The notes: generated by a model not told the origin, from the sequence alone. 64,000 bases of DNA from Candidatus Dormiibacterota bacterium (GCA_035468355.1 DATITA010000012.1:15228-79227), one strand, 5' to 3'. Shown: positions 45,881-63,462, counted from the first letter of the stretch. A program made the numbers and translations.

Positions 45881-46416
45881 GTCGCTTTGGCGGCCAGCGC
45901 TCGCAGGCGCTGATCGAGTTCGCGCTCATCTCACCGGTCCTGCTGCTGCTCCTTTTTGGAATCGTGGACATCGGCCGCGCGGTCTTCTACTACGACACGC
46001 TGAACCACGCCGCGCGAGAGGGCGCCCGTACGGCGGTGCGCGCGTCCAACCAGCTGCCGACGAACACGGACGTGCTCGCCAGGGTCACGGCACAGTTGAT
46101 CGGCATCCCGGTCACCGAGCCCTGTCCACAAGGGCCGATCACATCGGCCACGCCTCCCGGCAACACGGCCTGGCTGTATGTGACCGAGCCGAACCCACCC
46201 CCCACGGTCGAGACGGCGCCACCGGACAATGCCCCGGGAGGCGAGAATGTCGCCTCGGCGAGTGGATCCTGCAGCGCGGTCAACCCTGCGGGAGGCAATG
46301 CGCAGCTCCAGGTCACCCTGCGCTTCAACCTAGTCCTGATCACGCCGGTGGTCGCCCAGGCGACGGCCGACCACATCGTGATCACCGCCGCTGCGATCTT
46401 CCGGACGGAGTACTGA
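45877..46416 (+). CDS. TadE-like pseudopilin (second copy)
   Basis: MSRFGGQRSQALIEFALISPVLLLLLFGIVDIGRAVF. ATGA overlap with the upstream gene. Confidence 0.75.
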   Translation: MSRFGGQRSQALIEFALISPVLLLLLFGIVDIGRAVFYYDTLNHAAREGARTAVRASNQLPTNTDVLARVTAQLIGIPVTEPCPQGPITSATPPGNTAWLYVTEPNPPPTVETAPPDNAPGGENVASASGSCSAVNPAGGNAQLQVTLRFNLVLITPVVAQATADHIVITAAAIFRTEY

Positions 46417-46422
46417 GGGACG

Positions 46423-48401
46423 ATGCGAGCTTCATGCCGGCGTCGCTTTGAGAGCGGACAGGCGATAGTGCTGATCGCCATCATGCTGGCGGTCGTCGTC
46501 GGGATGGCGGCTCTCGCGATCGACGGCTCGCGCGCATATTCCATGCGGCGCGACCTCCAGGCGGCGGTGGATGCCGCGGCGCTGGCGGCGGCGGACAACC
46601 TGCAGCAAACGGGCAGCTACACGTCGGCCGAGCAGGCGGCATCCACCATCTTCGGCATCGACGCGCGCTTCTATGGGGCGCCGTCGTGCTCCCCGGGGTA
46701 TGGGTCGCCAGGCGCATCGCCCTTCACCGTGACCTGCACCTATTCGGACGGGACCACGCTGACGGACGTCGTCTCCAACCTGGGTTCGCAAGGCGCGCAG
46801 TTCAGCTTCACCGCGGCACACTCGCTCGCGCTTCAGTTCGCCCGCATCCTGATGAGCGGGACGCCGCCCAAGATCGTCGCCACCTCCTCCGGCGGGGTGG
46901 ACAACCTCCTTTACACCCCGGCCGTCGGCGCCCTGGCCAGTGCTGGTTGTGGCGGGACAGGTGGCAGCGCCGTGACGGTCAACGGCTTCGGGACCGCCAG
47001 CATGGTGGGTGACCTGGTTTCCAATGGCGCCATATCGGTGGCCGGCGGCAGCCTGCGCGTCGCCGGCGACATCTATGCACGATGTCAGGCCTCCGTCCCC
47101 GGGTCGTCGACGGCTTGCTTTCCAAGCGGGCTGGCCGCCCCGTGCACGTTCCCTGACGTTAACGGAGCCGTTCGTTCCGGCTACCAGCTGGGCGATCCGA
47201 ACTTTCCGGCGCCAGCGGTTACCGGCGGCAGCCGGGGAGCACCGGGAAGCACCGTGGTGCTCCAGGCCGGGTCATATGCTGCCAATCCCGGTTTCAGCGG
47301 AGGGCACTGCTGGTTTCTAAGCGGTGGCGTCTACCAGTGGCAGTCCGGCTACACGAACAGTCGGGACTTCGTGAGTAACGAGCTGAAGCCCCCTGACGAA
47401 CCGGCAACCACAAACGTCCGTCAGGTCTCCGCTCACCAGTTCTGGAACACGAACGGCGTCCAGTGCGCCGGGTCGGTCCTGGTGAGCGGCGTCGGCGGAC
47501 CGAACACCCTCGACAAGGGCAACTTGGGTGTGGTGCTGACCTCCGTGCGCACGGACTCCTACGGTGGCGCCACCTACCGCCGTGAGAGCGCGCCGTCGGC
47601 GTGCCAGGCAGTCCATATCAAGGTAGGCGAGGTGCTCCAGGTCCAGGTGAGCAACGTGCCCGGCGCGACTTCCTACAACGTGTATGCCAGCGACGTTGCG
47701 AACGGCTGCAAGGGACCATGGGGCTGGGCGGGCTCCATCCCGGTGGTCGGTACGGTGTCGAACAGCAACACCAACCCGTGCCCAACGTTCAGCGGCAACG
47801 GGTGCAGCCTGGGCCATGAGACGGCTCTGTTCGACAGCACTCAATTGCCCGACGTTTTTGCCCCCAACCCGTTGGCTGCGCTGGACACGTACGAGGCATA
47901 CCCACCAGATTCGGAGACCGCGCCGTTGAGCAGCACGCTGCCCAATCAGAATCCGCCGCGCGGAACCGGCGCCACCGGCGATCGCGCCAACGAGAACAAC
48001 TGCGAGACGACGACTGCAGCGTATTCAACGTGTCCCGACGCGGTCACCCCTGGCGCCGTCGAGTTCTATGTCCCAAATGGCGGCTGCCTGTCGACGACGA
48101 ACAGCGGCGACACGTATATGTTCAGCGGCTACCAGTACAACTGGCTGTCCGTTTTCGAACCTGGCGCCGGCTCGCCTCCCGCCAACACTTGCACGAACAC
48201 GCTTGGCGCCAGCGGGTTTTCGGCGTACGTGGGGCTCGTTTACGTGCCGTCGGCCGTCGTGGCCATAACCTCGGCGTACGCCTTCGAGGCAGCGGCGACC
48301 GGGGGATTGCTGGCCAGCTCGGTCACCTTCACCGGAGCTCTACCAACAATCACGTACAGCTCCAGTTACGGGCCGGTGCCGCCGGCCGCCCGCCTGACCG
48401 G

Positions 48402-48405
<4 letters not shown>
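46423..48405 (+). CDS. TadG-like large pilus-associated protein
   Basis: The N-terminus ESGQAIVLIAIMLAVVVGMAALAIDGSRAY...DAAALAAA matches the Tad_N/TadG motif. It is followed by about 560 aa of Gly/Ser/Thr/Cys-rich, presumably extracellular, sequence. Confidence 0.7.
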
Positions 48406-53288
<4,883 letters not shown>

Positions 53289-53348
53289 CGAATTCCAGCC
53301 CCGAGCGATGCTAGCACCGCGCCGCCCTCCGCCTGGTTAAGAGCACGA

Positions 53349-54353
53349 TCAACTCCCGAACCGCTCCGGCGGGCGCCGACGGTCGAGCACCCACTTTGAT
53401 CCCGGCATTCGTTTGGCCACCCCCTTGACCTCTGCCGCGCGCGCGGCCACTGCGGCTGCGCTCGCGTAGGCACCTGGCTCGGCGACCACGATTCCGATCG
53501 ACACCGAGACCATCGGGATGCGCAGCGTGTTCCCGTTCCGCTCCTGCATCTCGATCCATCCACGCTCGCGGTCAGCGGGGTCGTAAAGCGCGGGCACCGC
53601 CGCGTCGAAGCGCTTGGTGATCTCGGTCGCGATCACCTCCGCCAGGCTCGGCTCGGTCAGGATGACGAAGTCATCACCGCCGACGTGACCGGCGAAATGG
53701 CTGCTCGAGTAATTCTCCTCGAGGACCTCGAAGATGATGGTCGCGAGCGTCTTGATGACGTCGTCTCCGCGCAGGAACCCGTAGTGGTCGTTGTAGCTCT
53801 TGAACGAGTCGATGTCGGGATACAGCACGGCGAACCGGTCGCGGTGCCCGAGGCGGCGGCTGATCTCCCTGAGGATGTCGCTGTTGCCGCTCATGCCGGT
53901 GAGCGGGCTGAGCTCGCGCGCGGAGGTCGACCGGCTCATGACCGCGCGCAAGCGGGCCACCAGCTCCTCGGGGATGAACGGCTTGGTCACGTAATCGTCG
54001 GCGCCCGCGAGCAGGTGCTCCACCTTGTCCTTCAAGGATCCCCGCACGGTGAGGAAGACGACCGGTATCAGCCGGGTGCGGAAGTCGGCGCGCAGCTCGG
54101 CGAGGATCTGGTCGCCCGTGATGTCCCCGAGCATGAGGTCGAGAAGGATGATGTCGGGGCGCCATTCGGCGGCAGCGGTGTGAGCGGCATGCCCGTCGCC
54201 GACCGTGACACTCTCGAAGCCGGCACGGTCGAGCACGCGCTTGACCAGCCTTAGGACCTGCTCGTCGTCATCGATGACCAGCACGATCTCGCGGTGACCG
54301 AGCGCGGAGCGGGGACTCTCCTTGTCAGCTCCGACCCCTCTGGCCACGGTCAT
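53349..54353 (-). CDS. response regulator: receiver domain + GGDEF-type domain with a GGDDF motif
   Basis: REC motifs VLVIDDD, ILLDLMLGD and KPF. GGDEF-like motifs PLTGMSGN, YPDIDSFKSYNDHYGFLRGDDVI and HVGGDDFVIL. Confidence 0.8.
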   Translation of the reverse strand: MTVARGVGADKESPRSALGHREIVLVIDDDEQVLRLVKRVLDRAGFESVTVGDGHAAHTAAAEWRPDIILLDLMLGDITGDQILAELRADFRTRLIPVVFLTVRGSLKDKVEHLLAGADDYVTKPFIPEELVARLRAVMSRSTSARELSPLTGMSGNSDILREISRRLGHRDRFAVLYPDIDSFKSYNDHYGFLRGDDVIKTLATIIFEVLEENYSSSHFAGHVGGDDFVILTEPSLAEVIATEITKRFDAAVPALYDPADRERGWIEMQERNGNTLRIPMVSVSIGIVVAEPGAYASAAAVAARAAEVKGVAKRMPGSKWVLDRRRPPERFGS

Positions 54354-54592
54354 GTCCTGGCGTCCGGCGGCGTTGGCTGGGATACACGCGTCAAGCCGCG
54401 AAGCTTGTCGGTAAGGGCGATGGCGCGTTCGGCGGCCGTGCGGACCTCGGCGATGTCGGCGCGGACCGCTTCGGGATCGCCCGTCTCTTCCGCGATCAGC
54501 TCGCTGTAGTTGACGATGACGGCGAGCAGGTTGCGAAAGTCGTGGATCAAGACGCGCGTCTCGTCGTCCGGGGCTTTCGAGGTTTCCGCCAT
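54350..54592 (-). CDS. stand-alone histidine-kinase DHp (HisKA-like) domain protein with no ATPase domain
   Basis: H-box LIHDFRNLLAVIVNYSELI followed by a second helix. About 80 aa from the ATG at 54592 (the ORF track starts at 54634). Its stop overlaps the REC-GGDDF start (ATGA). Confidence 0.6.
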   Translation of the reverse strand: MAETSKAPDDETRVLIHDFRNLLAVIVNYSELIAEETGDPEAVRADIAEVRTAAERAIALTDKLRGLTRVSQPTPPDART

Positions 54593-54609
54593 CGGTGAGG
54601 GGTCCTGCG

Positions 54610-55029
54610 TCACAGTCTCTTCACCAGGCGCCACCGGTTGAGCTGGCCGTCGCGTTGATACCCGAGCTCGTCCAGCAGCGAGCGCGCGAGAGCAAGACCG
54701 CGCCCGTCCTCGCTCTCGAGCCCGGGCATGGCGCGAGCCAGGTGTTCGTGCACCGGCGGTCCGGGATCCACGAATGATGCGAGCAGCGTGCCCCGGTCCA
54801 GTTGAAGCTGGTATTCGACCGGGTCCGCGGCCTCCTCGGGACGCCCGTGGGTGAGCACGTTGGCGCCGATCTCCCCGAGTGCCGTCTCGAACAGCATGAG
54901 AGGGCGGTCGTCCGGCGGCCGGCCGGTAGCCCGACGGAGCAGCTCCACAGAGTGGTGCAGCACGTCCAATCCCTGGTCGAGCGCGGTGAGAGTAGCGCGG
55001 AACTCAAAGGGCTCCTGTGTGGGTCCCAA
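54610..55029 (-). CDS. RsbW/SpoIIAB-like anti-sigma serine kinase (HATPase_c_2)
   Basis: ALGEIGANVLTHG (N-box-like) and DGRGLALARSLLDELGY. 139 aa, directly after the STAS gene. Confidence 0.65.
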   Translation of the reverse strand: MGPTQEPFEFRATLTALDQGLDVLHHSVELLRRATGRPPDDRPLMLFETALGEIGANVLTHGRPEEAADPVEYQLQLDRGTLLASFVDPGPPVHEHLARAMPGLESEDGRGLALARSLLDELGYQRDGQLNRWRLVKRL

Positions 55030-55031
55030 GC

Positions 55032-55397
55032 TCAGAAGCCAGTAAGGGCTTCCTCGACAGTGGCGTAGTAGGGGAACACGCGGTCGAGGGTGGTCAGCTC
55101 GAGCACCACCCGAACCTGCTGGTTGGGGGCCGCGAGACGGAGCTCGCCCTGGCTGCCTTTGATCTGTTTGAGCGCGGAGATCACGGAGCCGAGCCCCGTG
55201 CTGTCGACGAAGCTGACTCCTTCCATGTCGATCACGACGCGTGGGAGTCCGTGCTTGACCAGCTCGCTGATCGCGTCTTTCAAGGCCGGCGCGCCCACGA
55301 CGTCAAGCCGTCCGGTGGGGGCGACCACCGTGATTCCGTTGTCAGCCGATCGGGTCTGAACGTCGAGGCTCAGCTTGGGGCTCCCATGGGGACCCAC
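55032..55397 (-). CDS. STAS-domain anti-sigma-factor antagonist (RsbV/SpoIIAA-like)
   Basis: GRLDVVGAPALKDAI...VVIDMEGVSFVDSTGLGSVISAL...LRLAAPNQQVRVVLELT. Confidence 0.8.
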   Translation of the reverse strand: MGPHGSPKLSLDVQTRSADNGITVVAPTGRLDVVGAPALKDAISELVKHGLPRVVIDMEGVSFVDSTGLGSVISALKQIKGSQGELRLAAPNQQVRVVLELTTLDRVFPYYATVEEALTGF

Positions 55398-55447
55398 AGA
55401 GTCTATGGCAGACGGTCGGGAATTTAGCCTGTCTACACTGCAGAAGC

Positions 55448-56567
55448 GTGCTGGAACCCGTGAGCTCGCGGCGCATCTTGGTCGTGGACGACGAGGAACC
55501 CCTCGCCAAGGTGATGGCGCGCACGCTCCGAAGCCGGGGATTCGAGTGCGATATCGCGCTGGACGGGGCCCAGGCCAGGCAGTTGTTCGAGAAGCAGGAC
55601 TATGCCCTCGCGCTGCTGGACGTGCGCCTCCCCGACGAATCCGGCTACGGGCTCCTCGAAGAGCTGCGGGCCAGGAGCCCGGACACCGCCGTGGTGATGA
55701 TCTCGGGGGTCGACGACCCCGAGCTCGGCCGGGCTGCCATGGAGCACGGGGCCTACGCGTACCACGTCAAGCCCGTCGGTGCGACGCAGCTCTATCTGCT
55801 GGTCGAGAACAACCTGCGCCGCAGGAGCCTCGAGATCGATGGCCGCGCGACCATGCGGCGGCTCGAATCGATGGTCGAAGAGCGCTCGGAGCAGGTGCGG
55901 CGGGCGGCCAGGCTTCAGACCGGCATGCTGCCTGCCTCTCCTTATGTGGGAGAAGGTTTCGAGCTGGCGGCCCACTTCAGCGCAGCCAAGGAGATCAGCG
56001 GCGATTTCTACGATTGGCACCACGCACTGGACGACCGGCTGACGATCACGCTGGGCGACGTGATGGGAAAGGGGCTGCCTGCGGCCCTGATGATGGCCAC
56101 GGCGCGCGCGGCCCTTCGAGGCGCTGCCGGCATCCATCCGATGGAGGCCGGTATCAAGCAGGCGGCCGAGGTGATGGCCGCCGCACTCGAGGTCGAGCAC
56201 GCGTACGTCACCGTCTTCCATTCATCGTTCGACCCGCGATCAGGCGATCTGCGCTATGTCGACGCCGGCCACGGGCACGCGCGCATCCTGCGAGCCGTGG
56301 GGGGCCAGGAGCTGCTGCCGGAGCGCAGCGCGCCGATCGGAATCTTCCCGGACACCCAGTATCTCGTCGGCACCGCGACCCTTCGACCTGGCGACACCCT
56401 GGTCGTCTTCTCCGACGGCCTGCTGGACCTGCGTCCCGACCTCGCCACCGCCGACGTGCTGCTGCCCTACGAAGCGCGACGGGCGAGCACCGCCCAGCAG
56501 ATGGTCGACATACTTGCCAACGGAGCCCCGACCCGCGAGCTCTTCGACGACGTCACCATCGTCGCCC

Positions 56568-56581
<14 letters not shown>
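55448..56581 (+). CDS. response regulator fused to a PP2C (SpoIIE/RsbU-type) phosphatase
   Basis: REC motifs [17 protein letters not shown] and KPV. PPM motifs [26 protein letters not shown] and FSDGL. Confidence 0.85.
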
Positions 56582-58949
<2,368 letters not shown>

Positions 58950-58992
58950 CCTGCGCACCTTCCATCCCGCCAGGGGGGGCGAGGTTTCAGAG

Positions 58993-61389
58993 GTGTTGCC
59001 AGAACCCGACGCGCCTGTCGCGCCATGGAGCCGGGGGCTGGTACGTCGAATCACACCCTTTGCAGCCATCGCCGCCATCTTCGCCATGCAGGCCCTGTCG
59101 GACGCCAGCCCGGTGCTGGCGTTTCCGCTATACCTGGCCGTCGTCCTGCTCGCCGCCCTCCAGGCTGGGCGGTCCGAGTCGGTCGCGGCCGCCACCCTGG
59201 CGGCGATCGCAATCCTGATCCGCCCGCTCGTGACCGGCGCCCACGCGTCGGACCTGGCGCCCGCCATGCTGCTCGCCGCCGTGCTGGTGGTGGTCACGGT
59301 GGCGGTCGGCGAGGCCGCCCGGCAGGCGCGCCAGACCGCGGTCGAGGCTCAGCGCGCGGCCGCGCGCACGGCGGCGGCGGAGCAGCGGGTCCGCACCATG
59401 CTCGAGGCGGCGATGGTGGGGCTCGCCCTCACCGACCTCGACGGAAGATGGACCCAGGTCAACGAGCAGCTGAGCCGCATCCTCGGCCGCAACCGCGATG
59501 ACATCCTCCACACGGCATTGGGAGCCGTCACAGCGGAAAGCGACCGCCTGGTGATCGATGATGCGCTCGCGCTTCTTCGCTCGGGCGACATCGTGCACTG
59601 GGAAGGCGAGCTGACGCACGTCCGGCCCGACGGGACTTTGGTTCCGGTCGCAGTCGCCATCGCCAAGCCGTCTCCAGACGCCCAATGGCTGGTGGTCCAG
59701 GAGACGGATATCTCCGAGCGCCGGCGAGTGGAGCTCCTCCGCGACTGCCTGGTCGCCGTCCAGCAAACGATCCTCGACTCGGCGAGCTGGGACCAGGCCC
59801 TCCCTGTCCTGCTCGCCAGCCTGTGCTCGCATCTCAACTGGGACGTGGGGATTTACTGGGTGGTCGAATCCGAGCGCAAGGCGCTGCGGGTGAAGCACAC
59901 GTGGCGCTCCAATGACGCCGAGCTCGACCGGTTCGTCGAGGAGGGCCGCGCCCTTGGGGTGACCGCAGAGGCGGGCCTTCTGAGCAGGGTGTGGCAGTCG
60001 GGGGTCGTCGGCGCCGAGATGAACCTCGAGCAGGCGCAGGATTACGAGCGGGTGGAAGCCGCCCGCCGGGCGGAGCTGCGCGCCGCCCTTGCGCTGCCGG
60101 TCGTCGACGCCGGCTGCGTGATCGGCGTGATCGAGCTGCTGGGCCGGCGCTCCAGAAGCCTGCGCGATGACGAGGTGATGGCCATGGCGACGGTCGGCCT
60201 GGAAGTCGGCCAGTTCATCCGCCGCAGCGACACAGCCCAGGCTCTGCGCCGGAGCGAGGCCGACCACCGCGCCATCTACGAGCGCTCGCCCATCGGCATC
60301 GCCCGCATCAGCGCGGAGGGGGAGCTGTTGGAGGCCAACGTCGCGCTGCTCGGTATGGTCGAGCACGATTTCGAGACGATGCGGTCCGGCGCCTGGCCGG
60401 ATCTGCTTCGGGCGTACGACCAGGCTGCTTCGCGCCACCGCGCCGCCCCCCTGCTGGCCGGGATCACCGACGGCGGCAGCGTCCAGGTCAGGGCGGTGAC
60501 CGCGAGCGGAAAGTGGCTGTGGCTGCAGCTGACCGCGACCTCCATCCCGGACGCCAGCGGGAGGCCCGAGCACGTCCTGGTCATGGTCGAAGACGTCACC
60601 ACGGTGCGCGACACCTCGGACAAGCTGGCCGAGGCGCTGGAGTCCCAGCGCAGCGCCAACGCCAACCTCGAGAAGCTCGACCGGACCAAGACCGAGTTCC
60701 TCAGCATCGTGAGCCACGAGTTCCGAACCGCGCTGACCGGCATCCAGGGCTTCAGCGAGCTCATCCGTGACGGGGGCCTGGAACCCGACGAGCTCCGGGC
60801 CTACGGCGGATACATATTCAATGACGCGGACCGGGTCAACCGGCTCATCGGCGACATGCTGGACCTTGACCGGATGGAGTCAGGCCGCATGAGCATGCGG
60901 AGCGGCGCGGTCGACATCAACGAGGTCTTGAGCGAAGCGATGGCGCGAGCGGTGACGGCCGCTTCCACCGTCGAGTTCAAGGCCGACCTCGACCCGAGGC
61001 TTCCGATCGTCTCCGGCGACCGCGACCGCCTGATCCAGGTGGTCAGCAACCTGGTCAACAACGCGATCAAGTACTCGCCCGACGGCGGTACGGTGTCCCT
61101 GTCGAGCAGGGCGGAGGGCGGTTTCGCCCTCGTCAGCATCTCGGACACCGGTTTGGGCATCCCCCCAGACGAGATCGGGCACGTGTTCGAGCGTTTCCGG
61201 CGCGTGCGCAGCGGCGCCGCCCAATCAATTCCCGGGACTGGCCTGGGCCTCACGATCGTTAAGCAGATCGTGGAGATGCACGGGGGCAAGATCTGGGTGG
61301 AGTCGGCGGTCGGGCATGGGTCGGCCTTTCACTTCACCGTCCCCATGGCCGTGGAGAACACGAGCCCCAGGCAGCTCCTCCGTGCCTGA
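58993..61389 (+). CDS. sensor histidine kinase (TM region, PAS, GAF, PAS, HisKA, HATPase)
   Basis: [36 protein letters not shown] and [13 protein letters not shown]-like block ...[12 protein letters not shown] infer a GTG start at 58993, after GAGG. Confidence 0.8.
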   Translation: MLPEPDAPVAPWSRGLVRRITPFAAIAAIFAMQALSDASPVLAFPLYLAVVLLAALQAGRSESVAAATLAAIAILIRPLVTGAHASDLAPAMLLAAVLVVVTVAVGEAARQARQTAVEAQRAAARTAAAEQRVRTMLEAAMVGLALTDLDGRWTQVNEQLSRILGRNRDDILHTALGAVTAESDRLVIDDALALLRSGDIVHWEGELTHVRPDGTLVPVAVAIAKPSPDAQWLVVQETDISERRRVELLRDCLVAVQQTILDSASWDQALPVLLASLCSHLNWDVGIYWVVESERKALRVKHTWRSNDAELDRFVEEGRALGVTAEAGLLSRVWQSGVVGAEMNLEQAQDYERVEAARRAELRAALALPVVDAGCVIGVIELLGRRSRSLRDDEVMAMATVGLEVGQFIRRSDTAQALRRSEADHRAIYERSPIGIARISAEGELLEANVALLGMVEHDFETMRSGAWPDLLRAYDQAASRHRAAPLLAGITDGGSVQVRAVTASGKWLWLQLTATSIPDASGRPEHVLVMVEDVTTVRDTSDKLAEALESQRSANANLEKLDRTKTEFLSIVSHEFRTALTGIQGFSELIRDGGLEPDELRAYGGYIFNDADRVNRLIGDMLDLDRMESGRMSMRSGAVDINEVLSEAMARAVTAASTVEFKADLDPRLPIVSGDRDRLIQVVSNLVNNAIKYSPDGGTVSLSSRAEGGFALVSISDTGLGIPPDEIGHVFERFRRVRSGAAQSIPGTGLGLTIVKQIVEMHGGKIWVESAVGHGSAFHFTVPMAVENTSPRQLLRA

Positions 61390-61804
61390 TGCCGGCCTGG
61401 GTGGGGCGGACGGTCAAGCGGGGGCGGGCGTCCCGGGCCTGTTCACGGTCCTGGTCGCCGACGACAACGACGTCGCCCAGCGCCTTTGCAAGCGAGTGCT
61501 CGAAAAGGCGGGGTACACGGTGCTGATTGCGGCTGACGGCCTCCAGGCGGTGGACATCGCGCTCAAGCAGCGCCCGGCGATGATCCTCATGGACGTCGCC
61601 ATGCCCGGCATCGACGGCCTCGAGGCGATGCGCCGGATCAAGCAGGAAATGCCCACCATCCCGATCGTCATCGCCAGCGCCCACTCGATGGCGAGCGACC
61701 GCGAGAGGTTTCTCACGGCGGGGGCCGACGACGTGCTGAGCAAGCCATTCCGGCTCGCTGACCTCGTCGCCATCGTGGCCAAGCTCTCCGGCGCGCCGAA
61801 GTGA
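61316..61804 (+). CDS. single-domain response regulator
   Basis: VLVADDND, ILMDVAMPGIDG and SKPF. The only canonical start in frame is the ATG at 61316, which lies 74 nt inside the upstream kinase gene. Confidence 0.75.
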   Translation: MGRPFTSPSPWPWRTRAPGSSSVPDAGLGGADGQAGAGVPGLFTVLVADDNDVAQRLCKRVLEKAGYTVLIAADGLQAVDIALKQRPAMILMDVAMPGIDGLEAMRRIKQEMPTIPIVIASAHSMASDRERFLTAGADDVLSKPFRLADLVAIVAKLSGAPK

Positions 61805-63462
61805 AAGACCTCACCGGGACGAGGCTGGGGTCCTACGAGATCGTCGAACGACTCGGGGGCGGCGGCATGGCCGTGGTCTATCGCGCCGTCCAGCAGCCTC
61901 TCGGCCGCGAGGTCGCGTTGAAAGCTCTGTCGTCGGAGCTGTTCCAGGACGAGGGCTTCGTCAAGCGGTTCGAGACCGAGGCCAAGACGCTCGCCAAGCT
62001 GGACCATCCCAACATCCTTCCGATCTACGACTTCGAGGTCACCGAGGGCGTCGCGTTCCTGACCATGCCCCTGATCCGCGGCGGGACGCTGCGCGACATC
62101 CTGAATCGAGGCCCGCTCGACCCGTTGACCGCGTGGCGATACCTACGGGAGACCGGGGACGGCCTGCAGCATGCGCACGACGCCGGCATCGTCCACCGCG
62201 ACCTCAAGCCGACCAACGTGCTCATCCACTCGGACGGTCGCGCCATGCTCGCAGACTTCGGCCTGGCGCGCGGCGCCGGGCAGCCGACCCACCTCACCAC
62301 GATCGGCCTTGCGATTGGGACGCCGGGTTACATGGCCCCCGAGCAGGTGATGGGCCACGACGTCGACAGGCGTGCCGACATATATGCGATGGGCGTCTTG
62401 ACCTTCGAGATGCTGACGGGCCGCCTGCCTTACATCGGCGCCAACCGCATGGAGGTCGCCTACGCGACGGTAAACTCACCGATTCCTTCGGCTGTGAAGC
62501 TGAACGCCGCCTTGCCCGACGAGCTCGACCAGCTCTTGGCCAGAGTGCTGGCCAAGGATCCGGCCCAGCGGCCGCAGACCGTGCGCGACCTGCTGGCGCA
62601 GATGGCCAAGCTTCCTCAGCGGCGGATGGCGCCGGTGGCGGCTGTCGCCCCCGTGCCTGCGGGGACCGCGGCCGGCGCCGGCGGGGTCGCCGTAATGCCC
62701 AGGCCTTCTCCCGGGCCCCAGGGCCCTGACACCACATCGATGCGCGCCGTCCCGGCGGGGATCCTTCACGGCTCGCCTCCGCCCACGCCGACGACGACCG
62801 CCGGCTCGGCGATCAGGACCCTGGAGCTCATGGGCGTGAAGCCGGCGCGCGCGAGGGGCCGCTTCATCCTGAACTCACACGTCAGCAACATCGTCCACGT
62901 CGCACGCGACATCGCCGGAGACCGCTGGCCCGAGGTCGCGTACGCCGCGGGCCTGGTGCAATACGTGGAGCAGGATCCGCCGCACGACGACCAGCTCTCG
63001 TCGCCAGTCGAGTCGTTGAGCCGTCTGAACGAGGCCTTCGAGACGATCTACGGACCGGAAGCCGAGGACATGATCCGGGCCTGGGGCCGGCGCGCCACGG
63101 AGCGCTGGCTGGCGGAGGGCAGGCACGGCATGGGCGGCCCGAGGCGGTTGGTGCCGGGACGGCAGCGCAAGCTGTCGGGGGTGGTCAAGAACTTCTCCGA
63201 GGCCATGGACAACGTCCGTGGCGAGCACACGCATGCGTGGCTCCAGGTCGACGAGCACCAGTTCTGGTTGGTCAACTTTTCGAACATGTTCGCGCTCGGC
63301 CGGATCAAGACGGTCAAGTCGTGCCATATGTGGACCTCGACTGTCGAAACCATCCTTCGCTGGGCCGGCCTCGCCAACGATTGGTACGTGGAAGAGGTCG
63401 AATGTGGTTGTGTGACGGGGACGTTCGATTGCGTCTTCGCCATTCGCTCCGTGGAGAGCTGA
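61801..63462 (+). CDS. Ser/Thr protein kinase fused to a C-terminal V4R-like domain
   Basis: GGGGMAVVY, ALK, HRDLKPTNVL, DFGLA and GTPGYMAPE. After a Pro-rich linker, the C-terminus ...CHMWTSTVETILRWAGL...VEEVECGCVTGTFDCVFAI is typical of 4-vinyl-reductase (V4R) domains. Confidence 0.8.
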   Translation: MKDLTGTRLGSYEIVERLGGGGMAVVYRAVQQPLGREVALKALSSELFQDEGFVKRFETEAKTLAKLDHPNILPIYDFEVTEGVAFLTMPLIRGGTLRDILNRGPLDPLTAWRYLRETGDGLQHAHDAGIVHRDLKPTNVLIHSDGRAMLADFGLARGAGQPTHLTTIGLAIGTPGYMAPEQVMGHDVDRRADIYAMGVLTFEMLTGRLPYIGANRMEVAYATVNSPIPSAVKLNAALPDELDQLLARVLAKDPAQRPQTVRDLLAQMAKLPQRRMAPVAAVAPVPAGTAAGAGGVAVMPRPSPGPQGPDTTSMRAVPAGILHGSPPPTPTTTAGSAIRTLELMGVKPARARGRFILNSHVSNIVHVARDIAGDRWPEVAYAAGLVQYVEQDPPHDDQLSSPVESLSRLNEAFETIYGPEAEDMIRAWGRRATERWLAEGRHGMGGPRRLVPGRQRKLSGVVKNFSEAMDNVRGEHTHAWLQVDEHQFWLVNFSNMFALGRIKTVKSCHMWTSTVETILRWAGLANDWYVEEVECGCVTGTFDCVFAIRSVES

